Assembly: GCA_947446605.1 (NCBI GenBank)
Contig: CANFHJ010000001.1
Span: 2,071-66,070, forward strand
DNA length: 64,000 nt
Direction of reading: 5' to 3'
Source: Bacteroidota bacterium
GTDB lineage: Bacteria > Bacteroidota > Bacteroidia > UKL13-3
Numbering within the stretch: position 1 is the first letter of the stretch; each line of letters begins with the position of its first letter. The translations under genes and the position numbers were made by a program. Of the stretch, positions 48,829 to 58,108 are shown in pieces. Below the pieces are notes generated by a model. The model had not been told where the DNA came from, did not search any database, and was given only the letters and a program-made list of their open reading frames with translations.

Positions 48829-49848
48829 ATGTACCTTATACTTTCTTATAAAAATCTGATTTTTGTCAGCCTCTTGTTTTTTTACATTAGTTGCAAGCCT
48901 GGTGGAGGAAAAAATAAATTGCCTGATCCAAGGGACAGTATTGCCAATACAGTTGCAGTAAAGGAGCTCAGTTCTGAAATAGAAAAGAACCCAGAAGATG
49001 CAGAATTACTCTATAGAAGGGCTCAAATTTATTCAAATACAAAATATTTGAACAGGGCCGAGGATGATTATTTGGCGGCAATAGTTCTAGATTCAATCAA
49101 TCCTTTATATCATTATCAGTTGGGTCGAACCTTATATGCCATGAACCAAACCCAAAGAGCTGCAAAGGAATTTGAAAAGGCAATAGTGTTAAAGCCAGAC
49201 TATTTTGAAGCATCTATGAAATTGGCTGATTTGTATTTTTTGGTTAAGGAGCATGCAAAGTCTTTGGCCATTTTAAATCAATGCTTGAAGCAAGACAATG
49301 GAAATGCTCAAATTTATCAGATGTTGGGGCTGAATTATAAAGAAATGGGAGATACAGGTAGGGCTATTTACCATTTTCAAACTGCAATTGAAAACGATCC
49401 TACAGATTTTGAATCGAACCTATATATAGCCAATTTATATGCTGCTAGGAAAAAGGTAATTGCTATGGATTATTTTGCAGCAGCTATTAAATTAAGGCCT
49501 CGCGCAGCAGATGCCTGGTTTGGCAGGGCTGTTTTTGAGCAAAGTATGGGCTTGTTTAAGCGTGCATTAAAAGACTATAGAAAAGTAATTGATATTGATC
49601 CGGAGCATTATTTAAGTTATTACAATGTTGGTTATTTGAATTTTGATTTGGGTATGATGGATGAGGCATTACGCAATTGGAATTATTGTACTCAAATGAA
49701 TCCAGGGTATGCAAAGGCGTTTTATATGAAGGGACTTTTATTTGAGGAAAAAGGTAAAAAACAAGATGCCCGCTTGAATTATAAAGTAGCCTTAGAGCTG
49801 GAACCCGAGAATGAATTGTACATAGCGGGAATGCAAAGGCTAAGATAA
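48829..49848 (+). CDS. TPR-repeat lipoprotein
   Basis: Start at ATG 48829 (MYLILSYKNLIFVSLLFFYISC, lipobox). It is followed by about 8 TPR units. Confidence 0.65.
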   Translation: MYLILSYKNLIFVSLLFFYISCKPGGGKNKLPDPRDSIANTVAVKELSSEIEKNPEDAELLYRRAQIYSNTKYLNRAEDDYLAAIVLDSINPLYHYQLGRTLYAMNQTQRAAKEFEKAIVLKPDYFEASMKLADLYFLVKEHAKSLAILNQCLKQDNGNAQIYQMLGLNYKEMGDTGRAIYHFQTAIENDPTDFESNLYIANLYAARKKVIAMDYFAAAIKLRPRAADAWFGRAVFEQSMGLFKRALKDYRKVIDIDPEHYLSYYNVGYLNFDLGMMDEALRNWNYCTQMNPGYAKAFYMKGLLFEEKGKKQDARLNYKVALELEPENELYIAGMQRLR

Positions 49849-49911
49849 ATTTTTGTTATCACATTGCGAATGCTAGAAAAAATGAATAGACTCGCACTAT
49901 TATTTAGCTAC

Positions 49912-50559
49912 ATGAAATACACACAAATACTTGTTTTGGGTTTATTGTTAACCCTTTCCGCCTGCAGGCCTGGCGGAGCAGAATACATTGATGAATTGGA
50001 TATTGTTGGCACGCAATACGATAAGCAAGCAGATTTTTCTGCAAAGCATACCTATTCTAGGCCAGATACCATTGTAAAAATTGCCACCAATAATTACAAT
50101 GACCCAGATGGAGATGGAAAGCCTACTTATATTTCTCAAGCAGCCGCTAATTTAATTACTACTCAATTAGATGCCAATATGCAGAAATATGGTTGGACAA
50201 AAGTTAACCGAAACCAAAATCCAGATGTGATTGTGATGTTATCTACCATGGAAAATACCAATGTATACTATTACTATGATAATTGGTATATGGGCTATGG
50301 TTTTGGATTTGGTGATCCTTATTACGGAGGCGGTTGGTATTATCCTGGGTATTTCCCGCCGGCCTATTCTACCACAAAAACAGGCACTTTGTTAATGCAA
50401 ATGGCCTCTCCAAAAGATTCAACTTTAGATGGCAAAATGCCTATAGTATGGTTGGGCGTAGTAAATGGTATGATGGAGGGTTCAAGCACATCTTTTAATT
50501 CACGCGTAAAGAAAAGCATCGATCAAGCTTTTACGCAATCAAGTTATTTAAAGAAATAA
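49912..50559 (+). CDS. lipoprotein with Tyr/Gly-rich low-complexity segment (DUF4136-like, tentative)
   Basis: Start at ATG 49912 (MKYTQILVLGLLLTLSAC). Internal segment YYYYDNWYMGYGFGFGDPYYGGGWYYPGYFPPAY. Confidence 0.45.
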   Translation: MKYTQILVLGLLLTLSACRPGGAEYIDELDIVGTQYDKQADFSAKHTYSRPDTIVKIATNNYNDPDGDGKPTYISQAAANLITTQLDANMQKYGWTKVNRNQNPDVIVMLSTMENTNVYYYYDNWYMGYGFGFGDPYYGGGWYYPGYFPPAYSTTKTGTLLMQMASPKDSTLDGKMPIVWLGVVNGMMEGSSTSFNSRVKKSIDQAFTQSSYLKK

Positions 50560-50562
50560 ATC

Positions 50563-51165
50563 ATGAAGAAAATAGTATTTATCCTTTGTATTATATGCCT
50601 TTTTGCTCCCTCAAAAAATTTGAAAGCACAGGTTGAAGATTCTTATTTTAATGTTTACTATTCTATGGGACAAGGTATAGGTGAAACAAAAGATTTTATT
50701 TCTAAATATTCTTTTCGTGGAATAGGAATTGGGTACCAAGCTGAAATAAGCGAGCATGTAATAGCTGGTGTTGGGGTAGATTGGAATGTGTTTTATCAAA
50801 AATTCCCTTATGCTACATATGTTTCAGACTTAAATTCTGTAAGTGGAAAACAATACCGCTATTTGAATTTATTTCCTATGACCGCCAAATTGCAATATTT
50901 TAAGGATACCAATAAAGGTGTTCGTATTATGGCTGGAACTGGTATTGGAACTACTTATTTGATGCAAGATATAGACATGGGTTCGTACAGAATGAATACC
51001 AATACTTGGCAGTTTTTATTGGCGCCAGAACTTGGTCTTACCTATGATTTGGATGCAGGAAAAAGTTTGCTATTGTCTGTAAAGTACAATGCCAATTTTA
51101 AAAATACTGAGCTCAGTAATCGATCTTATTTGAGTTTTAATATTGGTTTTTCATTTAACCAATAA
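50563..51165 (+). CDS. small outer-membrane beta-barrel protein (OmpW/porin-family-like, tentative)
   Basis: 200 aa with a signal peptide, alternating hydrophobic strands and a C-terminal F-x-x motif (FSFNQ). Confidence 0.45.
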   Translation: MKKIVFILCIICLFAPSKNLKAQVEDSYFNVYYSMGQGIGETKDFISKYSFRGIGIGYQAEISEHVIAGVGVDWNVFYQKFPYATYVSDLNSVSGKQYRYLNLFPMTAKLQYFKDTNKGVRIMAGTGIGTTYLMQDIDMGSYRMNTNTWQFLLAPELGLTYDLDAGKSLLLSVKYNANFKNTELSNRSYLSFNIGFSFNQ

Positions 51166-51203
51166 AAAAAAGCGCTCATGATTTCATGAGCGCTTTTTTT
51201 TTA
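51163..51203. terminator. bidirectional intrinsic terminator (AGCGCTCATGA-ttt-CATGAGCGCT flanked by A8/T9) shared by the beta-barrel gene (+) and porX (-)
   Basis: Near-perfect 10-bp stem. The T-run overlaps the porX stop codon. Confidence 0.8.
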
Positions 51204-52751
51204 TTTTGTTTCTAATACCACAAAAGGTACAATCATTTCCTCTAGGCTTATACCGCCATGTTGGAAGGAATTGTTGTACATATTTACATGGTAGTTGTAA
51301 TTGTTTGGATAAGCCATGAAATCTTCACCCATGGCAAAAACAAAGCTACTGCTCATATTTTGTTTGGGTAAAAAGGCATCACTTGGATTTTTAATTGAAA
51401 ACAATTCTTTTTCATTGTAATTCAAATTTCTTCCTTGTTTATAGCGCAGGTTGGTACTTGTGCTTCTGTCGCCCACAATTTTAACTGGGTTGCCCACTCT
51501 TATAGAACCATGATCGGTAGTAATTACCACACGTGCCTTTTTGCTAGCTATTTTTTTAATGGCATCAAAAAGCGGTGAATGTTCGAACCAACTGGCAGTT
51601 ATGCTTCTGTAGGCTGCCTCGTTTTCTGCAAGCTCTTTCATCACATTCATTTCGGTTCGGGCATGACTTAACATATCTACGAAATTGTATACTATTACGT
51701 TGAGTTTGTTGTGCCACATATTTGGAATTTGATCTACCAAATTCTTTCCAGCATTTAGGTTGGTTATTTTGGTATAAGAGAATTTATCCATTATACCAGA
51801 GCGCTGCAACTGGCGTGCAAATAAGTCTTCCTCATGAATGTTTTTACCTTCTTCATCTTCTTCGTTTACCCATAGGTTAGGATATAACTTTTCAATTTCA
51901 CTAGGCAACATACCTGCAAAAAAGCTATTACGTGCATAATGCGTTGTGGTAGGTAAAATAGTCATGTAAACATCGTCTTGAACCAAATTAAACAATTCGT
52001 TCAATTGACTTTGTACTACTTTCCATTGGTCGTAGCGGAAATTGTCTATTAGAATTAGGAAGGTTGGAATTTCATCTTTAATGAGAGGAACCAATTTTTT
52101 ATTTACCGCTGTATGGCTCATTACCGGTGTTTTGGCATCTGGTTTTTTCAGGAAATTGGTGAAATTGTCTTTCACAAATTTGCTCCAACCATTGTTGGCA
52201 TCACGTTTTTGCATGGCTAAAATTTCATCCATACCTGTTTCACCGCTTTTTGCCAATTCGAGTTCCCAATATACTAATCTCCGGTACATTTCAACCCAAC
52301 CATCAAAATCGCGCACATCTGACATGTCCATGCTTAATTGGCGGAATTCTTGTTGGTAGTTTTGTGCTGTTTTTTCTGTTACCAATTGTTTGCCATCTAA
52401 AATTCTTTTTAAGGAAAGTAGGATTTGGTTGCTATTAACCGGTTTAATGAGGTAATCGGCAATTTGGTTACCAATGGCATCTTCCATGATATGCTCTTCT
52501 TCGCTTTTGGTAATCATTACCACAGGCACATCTGGTTTAAGCACCTTTATTTGCGAAAGGGTCTCAATACCACTAATACCAGGCATATTCTCATCTAGAA
52601 AAATAACATCATATTTGTTTTCTTTTACCTTTTCAATGGCATCTGTTCCATTGGTTACCTTATCTACTTGGTAGCCTTTATTGGTTAAAAATAAAATATG
52701 TGGTTTTAATAAGTCGATTTCATCGTCGGCCCAAAGGATAGTTGCGTTCAT
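51201..52751 (-). CDS. porX: PorX-like response regulator (REC + PglZ/alkaline-phosphatase-superfamily domain)
   Basis: 516 aa. The N-terminal REC domain has the acceptor Asp in DVIFLDENMPG. The C-terminal 380 aa form a PglZ-type domain. The architecture matches the T9SS regulator PorX. Confidence 0.6.
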   Translation of the reverse strand: MNATILWADDEIDLLKPHILFLTNKGYQVDKVTNGTDAIEKVKENKYDVIFLDENMPGISGIETLSQIKVLKPDVPVVMITKSEEEHIMEDAIGNQIADYLIKPVNSNQILLSLKRILDGKQLVTEKTAQNYQQEFRQLSMDMSDVRDFDGWVEMYRRLVYWELELAKSGETGMDEILAMQKRDANNGWSKFVKDNFTNFLKKPDAKTPVMSHTAVNKKLVPLIKDEIPTFLILIDNFRYDQWKVVQSQLNELFNLVQDDVYMTILPTTTHYARNSFFAGMLPSEIEKLYPNLWVNEEDEEGKNIHEEDLFARQLQRSGIMDKFSYTKITNLNAGKNLVDQIPNMWHNKLNVIVYNFVDMLSHARTEMNVMKELAENEAAYRSITASWFEHSPLFDAIKKIASKKARVVITTDHGSIRVGNPVKIVGDRSTSTNLRYKQGRNLNYNEKELFSIKNPSDAFLPKQNMSSSFVFAMGEDFMAYPNNYNYHVNMYNNSFQHGGISLEEMIVPFVVLETK

Positions 52752-52841
52752 TTCAATAATTTGTAATTAGTAGGTAGGAGGCAAAAATGATGCCTCTAAT
52801 TTATATCTTTGCGAATTAACGTATAAATATACAAATACATT

Positions 52842-54080
52842 GTGGCCATCAATAAACTAAAAAATTTTAATGATCCTGTATACGGGTTTGTGAGCATTCC
52901 TTGCGACCTTGTATACGACATTATAGCGCATCCGCATTTTCAGCGTTTGCGTAGGATCAAGCAGCTTGGTTTATCCAATTATGTATATCCGGGAGCACAG
53001 CATACGCGGTTTCAGCATGTAATTGGGGCAATGAGCCTTACCCAAGATGCGGTAGCTACTTTGGAGCAAAAGGGGATTGTAATTAGTTTGCAAGAAAAGG
53101 AAGCGGTATATGCTGCAATACTTTTGCATGATATTGGGCATGGACCATTTTCGCATACGCTTGAAAATGTTTTGATAAAAGATTTGCATCATGAAGCTAT
53201 TTCTCTGCATTTGATGCATGCCATTAATAAGGATTTAGGTGGCAGATTGGATTTGGCTATTCAAATATTTACGGATTCATATGAACGCAGGTTTTTACAC
53301 CAGTTGGTGAGCAGCCAATTGGATATGGACAGGTTGGATTATTTGCGCAGGGATAGTTTTTACAGTGGCGTACAAGAAGGTGTGGTAGGGCAGGACAGGA
53401 TTATCAAAATGTTGAATGTATGCAATGATGAATTGGTTGTTGATGAAAAGGGAATTTACAGCATAGAGAAATTTTTGATTGCCCGTCGCCTAATGTATTG
53501 GCAAGTATACCTGCATAAGACTGTAGTTGCAGCTGAAACAGTTTTGGTTAAAACAATTGAACGCGCTTGTGAACTCATTCATAGGGGTGAAAAGTTATTT
53601 GCTTCACCACCATTTGCATTCTTTTTGGAACAACAATTAAATAAAGATAATTTCTTTGAAACTGCTGCTGCGGTTGAGAACTATACCCTTTTGGACGACG
53701 ACGATGTAATGTCGGCAATAAAGGTTTGGTGCAATCATCCAGATAAGGTATTGAGCACTTTGGCTCTTATTTTAAAGGACCGTATTTTGCCGAAAGTGGA
53801 ATTGTCTAATGAGGCATTTACGGAGGAGAAAATTATGGCTATTAAACAATGGGTAATGGCAGATAAAGGCATTAATGAAGCGGATGCGCGTTATTTTGTT
53901 TTTACTGATTCTATCAAAAATAGGGCTTATAACTTGACTCATTTCAATATAAAAATTTTATATAAAGATGGGCAATTACTTGATATAGCTAAGGCTTCCG
54001 ACCAATTGAATATTGAAGCACTAACAAAATCTGTTACCAAATATTTCTTGTGTTACCCTAAATTATATACAAACGCATAG
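52842..54080 (+). CDS. HD-domain phosphohydrolase (dGTPase-like superfamily)
   Basis: HD motif H..HDIGHGPFSH. GTG start in the track, so the 5' end is uncertain. Confidence 0.7.
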   Translation: MAINKLKNFNDPVYGFVSIPCDLVYDIIAHPHFQRLRRIKQLGLSNYVYPGAQHTRFQHVIGAMSLTQDAVATLEQKGIVISLQEKEAVYAAILLHDIGHGPFSHTLENVLIKDLHHEAISLHLMHAINKDLGGRLDLAIQIFTDSYERRFLHQLVSSQLDMDRLDYLRRDSFYSGVQEGVVGQDRIIKMLNVCNDELVVDEKGIYSIEKFLIARRLMYWQVYLHKTVVAAETVLVKTIERACELIHRGEKLFASPPFAFFLEQQLNKDNFFETAAAVENYTLLDDDDVMSAIKVWCNHPDKVLSTLALILKDRILPKVELSNEAFTEEKIMAIKQWVMADKGINEADARYFVFTDSIKNRAYNLTHFNIKILYKDGQLLDIAKASDQLNIEALTKSVTKYFLCYPKLYTNA

Positions 54081-54189
54081 TATAGTGGGTTTTAGTATGC
54101 TTAGATGTGAATAAAGCATGGCAAGTCTTGCTGATTTTTTTTCTACTTTTGGACAAAAGAAAAAATAAACAAAGCAATACCTTAGGCTT

Positions 54190-55227
54190 ATGCAAATATC
54201 TGTTCAAGAATTAGCGCATTTATTAAATGGAACAATAGAAGGAGATGCTGCGGCATTGTTAAATGCTGTTTCAAAAATTGAAGAAGGAAAGGCTGGTACT
54301 TTGTCTTTTTTGGCTAATCCTAAATATGAGGCGCATTTGTATTCTACTGGCTCAACAGCTGTATTGGTAAGTAAAACATTTACTGCTACTCAGGAAGTTT
54401 TAACTACCTTAATTCGTGTAGAAGATCCATATGCAGCCTTTACCTTTTTGTTAGAAAAGTTTAGCAATCCTGCTGCACAATTAAGTGGCATAGAAGAGAT
54501 GAGTTTTGTTGATCCAAGTGCGCATTTAGGAAAGGATAGTTATGTTGGCGCTTTTGCCTACATCAGCAAAGAGGTTGTGTTAGGAGAAAACACCAAAATA
54601 TTTCCGCATGTTTTTTTAGGAGCAAATGTTAAGATTGGAAAGAATTGCACCTTGTTTTCGGGTGTAAAAATATACCATGAATGTGTAATTGGCGATAACT
54701 GTATTATACATTCTGGAACGGTGGTAGGAGCAGATGGTTTTGGCTTTGCGCCATTGGCAGATAGATCTTACAAGAAAATACCACAAACAGGAAATGTGAT
54801 TATAGAATCGGATGTAGAAATTGGCTCAAATTGTTCAATTGACAGAGCAACTATGGGTTCGACCATTATTAGAAAAGGTGCTAAATTGGATAATTTAATT
54901 CAAGTGGCACACAATGTAGAAATTGGCGAACACAATGTTTTAGCTGGTCAGGCGGGTGTTGCTGGTTCTACCAAATTAGGGAAATATGTGGTAGTTGGAG
55001 GGCAAGTTGCAATAGCCGGACACCTTCAAATAGCAGACGGAAATCAATTTGGAGGGCAAGCTGGGGTGCAAGCGAGCATAAAAGATGAAGATAAAAAATG
55101 GTTCGGAACGCCGGCAATGGAAGTGCGTGATTCGCTTCGCGCAAGTGCTATTCATAGGCGTTTACCAGAATTGTTAAGTAGAATAGAAGCATTAGAAAAA
55201 GAATTGAAAAACCTTAAAAGCGAATAA
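54190..55227 (+). CDS. lpxD: UDP-3-O-(3-hydroxyacyl)glucosamine N-acyltransferase
   Basis: 345 aa with left-handed beta-helix hexapeptide repeats and the LpxD N-terminal domain. Confidence 0.9.
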   Translation: MQISVQELAHLLNGTIEGDAAALLNAVSKIEEGKAGTLSFLANPKYEAHLYSTGSTAVLVSKTFTATQEVLTTLIRVEDPYAAFTFLLEKFSNPAAQLSGIEEMSFVDPSAHLGKDSYVGAFAYISKEVVLGENTKIFPHVFLGANVKIGKNCTLFSGVKIYHECVIGDNCIIHSGTVVGADGFGFAPLADRSYKKIPQTGNVIIESDVEIGSNCSIDRATMGSTIIRKGAKLDNLIQVAHNVEIGEHNVLAGQAGVAGSTKLGKYVVVGGQVAIAGHLQIADGNQFGGQAGVQASIKDEDKKWFGTPAMEVRDSLRASAIHRRLPELLSRIEALEKELKNLKSE

Positions 55228-55230
55228 AAG

Positions 55231-55272
55231 CAAAAAAAAGCGGGACAAATTGCCCGCTTTTTGTTTTTTTTG
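55231..55272 (+). terminator. terminator-like hairpin between lpxD and lpxC/fabZ (AGCGGG-acaaattg-CCCGCT followed by a T-rich run)
   Basis: 6-bp GC stem, 8-nt loop and a TTTTGTTTTTTTT tail. It may be a partial terminator or attenuator. Confidence 0.45.
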
Positions 55273-55283
55273 CAAGATTATTT

Positions 55284-56672
55284 ATGAAGCAAACTACGAT
55301 TAAAAAGGCTGTCAGTGTTCAAGGTGTGGGACTCCATACTGGACAAATTGTTACCATGACTTTCGTTCCTGCAGCAGAACACCATGGCATTAAATTTCAA
55401 CGCGTTGATTTACCTGGCGAACCTCTGGTGGACGCAGATGTAGACAATGTGGTTGATACTTCACGTGGCACAACCATTGAACAAAATGGTGCCCGTATTG
55501 CCACGGTAGAGCACGTAATGGCCTCTTTGGCTGCTTTAGAAATTGACAATTGTATTGTTCAAATAAATGGTGGAGAAACACCCATTATGGACGGTAGTTC
55601 ACAGTTTTTTATGAAAGCATTGAAAGATGCCGGCATACAAGAACAAGAAGCGCAAAGAGAATATTTTACAGTTCCTCAGAATATTTATTATACCGAAGCG
55701 GATAGAAGTGTAGAAATGATTGCAATGCCTTTAGACGATTACCGTTTAACGGTTATGGTTGATTACAATTCTCCAGTGCTAGGTTCGCAGCATGCCTCTT
55801 TAACCAGTATGAAAGAATTTGAAACCGACATTGCTAGTTGTCGTACTTTCTGTTTCTTGCACGAGTTGGAATTGCTTTATAATAATGGCTTAATACGTGG
55901 TGGAGATTTAAACAATGCTATTGTAATTGTTGACCGCGTTATTGAAGACAATGAATTGGAACATTTGGCTAAAATGTTTAACAAGCCAAAAGTGGAAGTG
56001 AAGAAAGAAGGCATTTTGAATAATGTTGATTTAAGGTTTCACAATGAACCAGCCCGACATAAACTACTTGATTTAATTGGTGATTTGGCCTTAATTGGGG
56101 TTCCTATAAAAGCACAAATTATGGCTGCTCGTCCAGGACATGCGGCTAATATTGCCTTTGGGAAAAAGATAAAAGCCTTAATTAAAAAATCACGCAGTTC
56201 TGTACGTGTACCTAGGTACGATCCTAATAAGCCGCCCTTGTATACCTCTGAAATGATTGCAAAATTATTGCCACATCGTTTTCCATTTTTGTTGGTAGAT
56301 AAAGTAATTGAGGTTGGACAAAACCATATTATTGCCATGAAAAATGTGACTTTTAATGAGCCATTTTTTCAAGGACATTTCCCCGGAAATCCAGTAATGC
56401 CTGGTGTTTTGATTATAGAAGCGATGGCGCAATCTGGAGGTGTTTTAATTTTATCTAAAGTAGAAGATCCTGAAAACTACAATACCTATTTCATGAAAAT
56501 AGACAATGCCAAGTTCAAGGAAAAAGTAATTCCTGGCGATACTTTGGTATTTAGGTTGGATTTAATTGGTCCAATTAGAAGAGGCATTTGTATTATGAAA
56601 GGAAGTGCTTTTGTTGGAGATAAATTAGTGGCGGAAGCCGATTTAATGGCACAAGTGGCCAAAAGCAAATAA
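55284..56672 (+). CDS. lpxC/fabZ: bifunctional UDP-3-O-acyl-GlcNAc deacetylase / 3-hydroxyacyl-ACP dehydratase (LpxC-FabZ fusion)
   Basis: 462 aa. The N-terminal LpxC domain is followed by a C-terminal FabZ hotdog domain (HFPGNPVMPGVLIIEAMAQ). This fusion is typical of Bacteroidota. Confidence 0.9.
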   Translation: MKQTTIKKAVSVQGVGLHTGQIVTMTFVPAAEHHGIKFQRVDLPGEPLVDADVDNVVDTSRGTTIEQNGARIATVEHVMASLAALEIDNCIVQINGGETPIMDGSSQFFMKALKDAGIQEQEAQREYFTVPQNIYYTEADRSVEMIAMPLDDYRLTVMVDYNSPVLGSQHASLTSMKEFETDIASCRTFCFLHELELLYNNGLIRGGDLNNAIVIVDRVIEDNELEHLAKMFNKPKVEVKKEGILNNVDLRFHNEPARHKLLDLIGDLALIGVPIKAQIMAARPGHAANIAFGKKIKALIKKSRSSVRVPRYDPNKPPLYTSEMIAKLLPHRFPFLLVDKVIEVGQNHIIAMKNVTFNEPFFQGHFPGNPVMPGVLIIEAMAQSGGVLILSKVEDPENYNTYFMKIDNAKFKEKVIPGDTLVFRLDLIGPIRRGICIMKGSAFVGDKLVAEADLMAQVAKSK

Positions 56673-56674
56673 AC

Positions 56675-57457
56675 ATGATACAAAGTTTGTCGTATATAAA
56701 CCCACAAGCACGTTTGGCTGAAAATGTAGTGGTGGATCCATTTACAGTAATTCACCACGATGTTGAAATTGGTGAAGGTACTTGGATTGGATCAAACGTA
56801 ACCATTTACCCTGGTGCTAGAATTGGCAAGAATTGCAGGATTTTTCCTGGAGCAGTAATTTCTGCTACTCCACAAGATTTGAAATTTGATGGGGAAGAAA
56901 CCTTAGCTATAGTTGGTGATAACACAACCATTCGTGAATGTGTAACCATTAATAGAGGAACTAAAGATAAGTTTAAAACGGAGGTGGGAGCCAATTGTTT
57001 AATTATGGCTTATACCCATTTGGCGCATGATTGTATTGTTGGTGATCATGTAATTATTGCCAATGGCGTTCAGGTGGCAGGGCATGTGACTATTCAAAGT
57101 GGTGCGCGTATTGGAGGTTTATCTGCTATTCATCAATTTGGTTTGGTAGGCAGGCATGTAATGATTGAAGGTGGCAGCATGGTTAGCAAAGATGTTCCTC
57201 CATTTATTAAAGCTGGCAGGTATCCATTAACCTATGAAGGTGTTAATTCTGTAGGCCTTCGCAGGTCTGGTTTTAGCAACGAAAAGATCAATGAGATTCA
57301 AGATATTTACCGTGTTTTGTTTATACATAACCGTCATTTAGGTAAGGCGCTTGATATTGTAGAAGCAGAATTAGCACCCTCTTTGGAACGTGATGAAATC
57401 CTTGCGTTTATTCGCAGTTCGGATCGTGGTGTATTAAAAGGCTTTAACGGTAAATAA
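56675..57457 (+). CDS. lpxA: acyl-ACP--UDP-GlcNAc O-acyltransferase
   Basis: 260 aa hexapeptide-repeat protein with an LpxA C-terminal helical domain. Confidence 0.9.
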   Translation: MIQSLSYINPQARLAENVVVDPFTVIHHDVEIGEGTWIGSNVTIYPGARIGKNCRIFPGAVISATPQDLKFDGEETLAIVGDNTTIRECVTINRGTKDKFKTEVGANCLIMAYTHLAHDCIVGDHVIIANGVQVAGHVTIQSGARIGGLSAIHQFGLVGRHVMIEGGSMVSKDVPPFIKAGRYPLTYEGVNSVGLRRSGFSNEKINEIQDIYRVLFIHNRHLGKALDIVEAELAPSLERDEILAFIRSSDRGVLKGFNGK

Positions 57458-57475
57458 TTTTTTAAGCACGCTATT

Positions 57476-58108
57476 TTGAAAATTACTTTAAATGATATTG
57501 GTAAAAAATTTAACCGCCAATGGGTATTTAAAGGGATTAATTTTGTTATAGCATCCAATTCTTCTTGTGCCTTAATTGGCAACAATGGTTCAGGCAAATC
57601 TACCTTATTACAGGTTATAGATAATTACCAGACATATTCAAAGGGAAACATTCAATACGAATGGGAGGGCGATCAACTAGAAGAAGAGGCCTTGGTGGGA
57701 AAAATAGCATTGGCCGCGCCTTATTTGGAGCTTTTAGACGATTTTAGTTTGCTAGAAATGATGCGTTTTCATTTTGCTATTATGCCCATACAAAAGGGTG
57801 TAAGCTTTGAGGAAATGATTGCAGGTTGCGGATTATTGGGACAAGAAAATAAGTTGATTAAATATTTTTCATCGGGTATGAAGCAAAGGCTAAAATTGGT
57901 TTTAGCAATTTATGCGGATACACCTCTGTTATTATTGGATGAACCCTGTTCTAATTTAGATGAACAAGGCATTGAATGGTACCGAAATTTGGTTCGAACC
58001 CAATTAGGCAAGCGAACAATTATTATAGCCAGCAACCAATTGTTTGAGTATGATTTCTGCGATAAAAGTTTGTCGGTATTAGATTTTAAGCCTGTAAAAG
58101 TTTCTTAA
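57476..58108 (+). CDS. short ABC transporter ATP-binding protein (no adjacent permease gene)
   Basis: 210 aa with Walker A GNNGSGKST, signature SSGMKQR and Walker B LLLLDEP. TTG start. Confidence 0.75.
   Translation: MKITLNDIGKKFNRQWVFKGINFVIASNSSCALIGNNGSGKSTLLQVIDNYQTYSKGNIQYEWEGDQLEEEALVGKIALAAPYLELLDDFSLLEMMRFHFAIMPIQKGVSFEEMIAGCGLLGQENKLIKYFSSGMKQRLKLVLAIYADTPLLLLDEPCSNLDEQGIEWYRNLVRTQLGKRTIIIASNQLFEYDFCDKSLSVLDFKPVKVS
57991..58000. repeat. GGTTCGAACC palindrome, copy 9 (in the ABC ATPase gene, read V-R-T)
   Basis: Exact 10-mer. Confidence 0.9.

Noticed and set aside
57476-58108. Calling the short ABC ATPase 'ccmA'
   Set aside because: Its size (210 aa) is CcmA-like, but it is 11 kb away from ccmCDEF, is embedded in the lpx cluster, and has no diagnostic residues that I can verify by eye.
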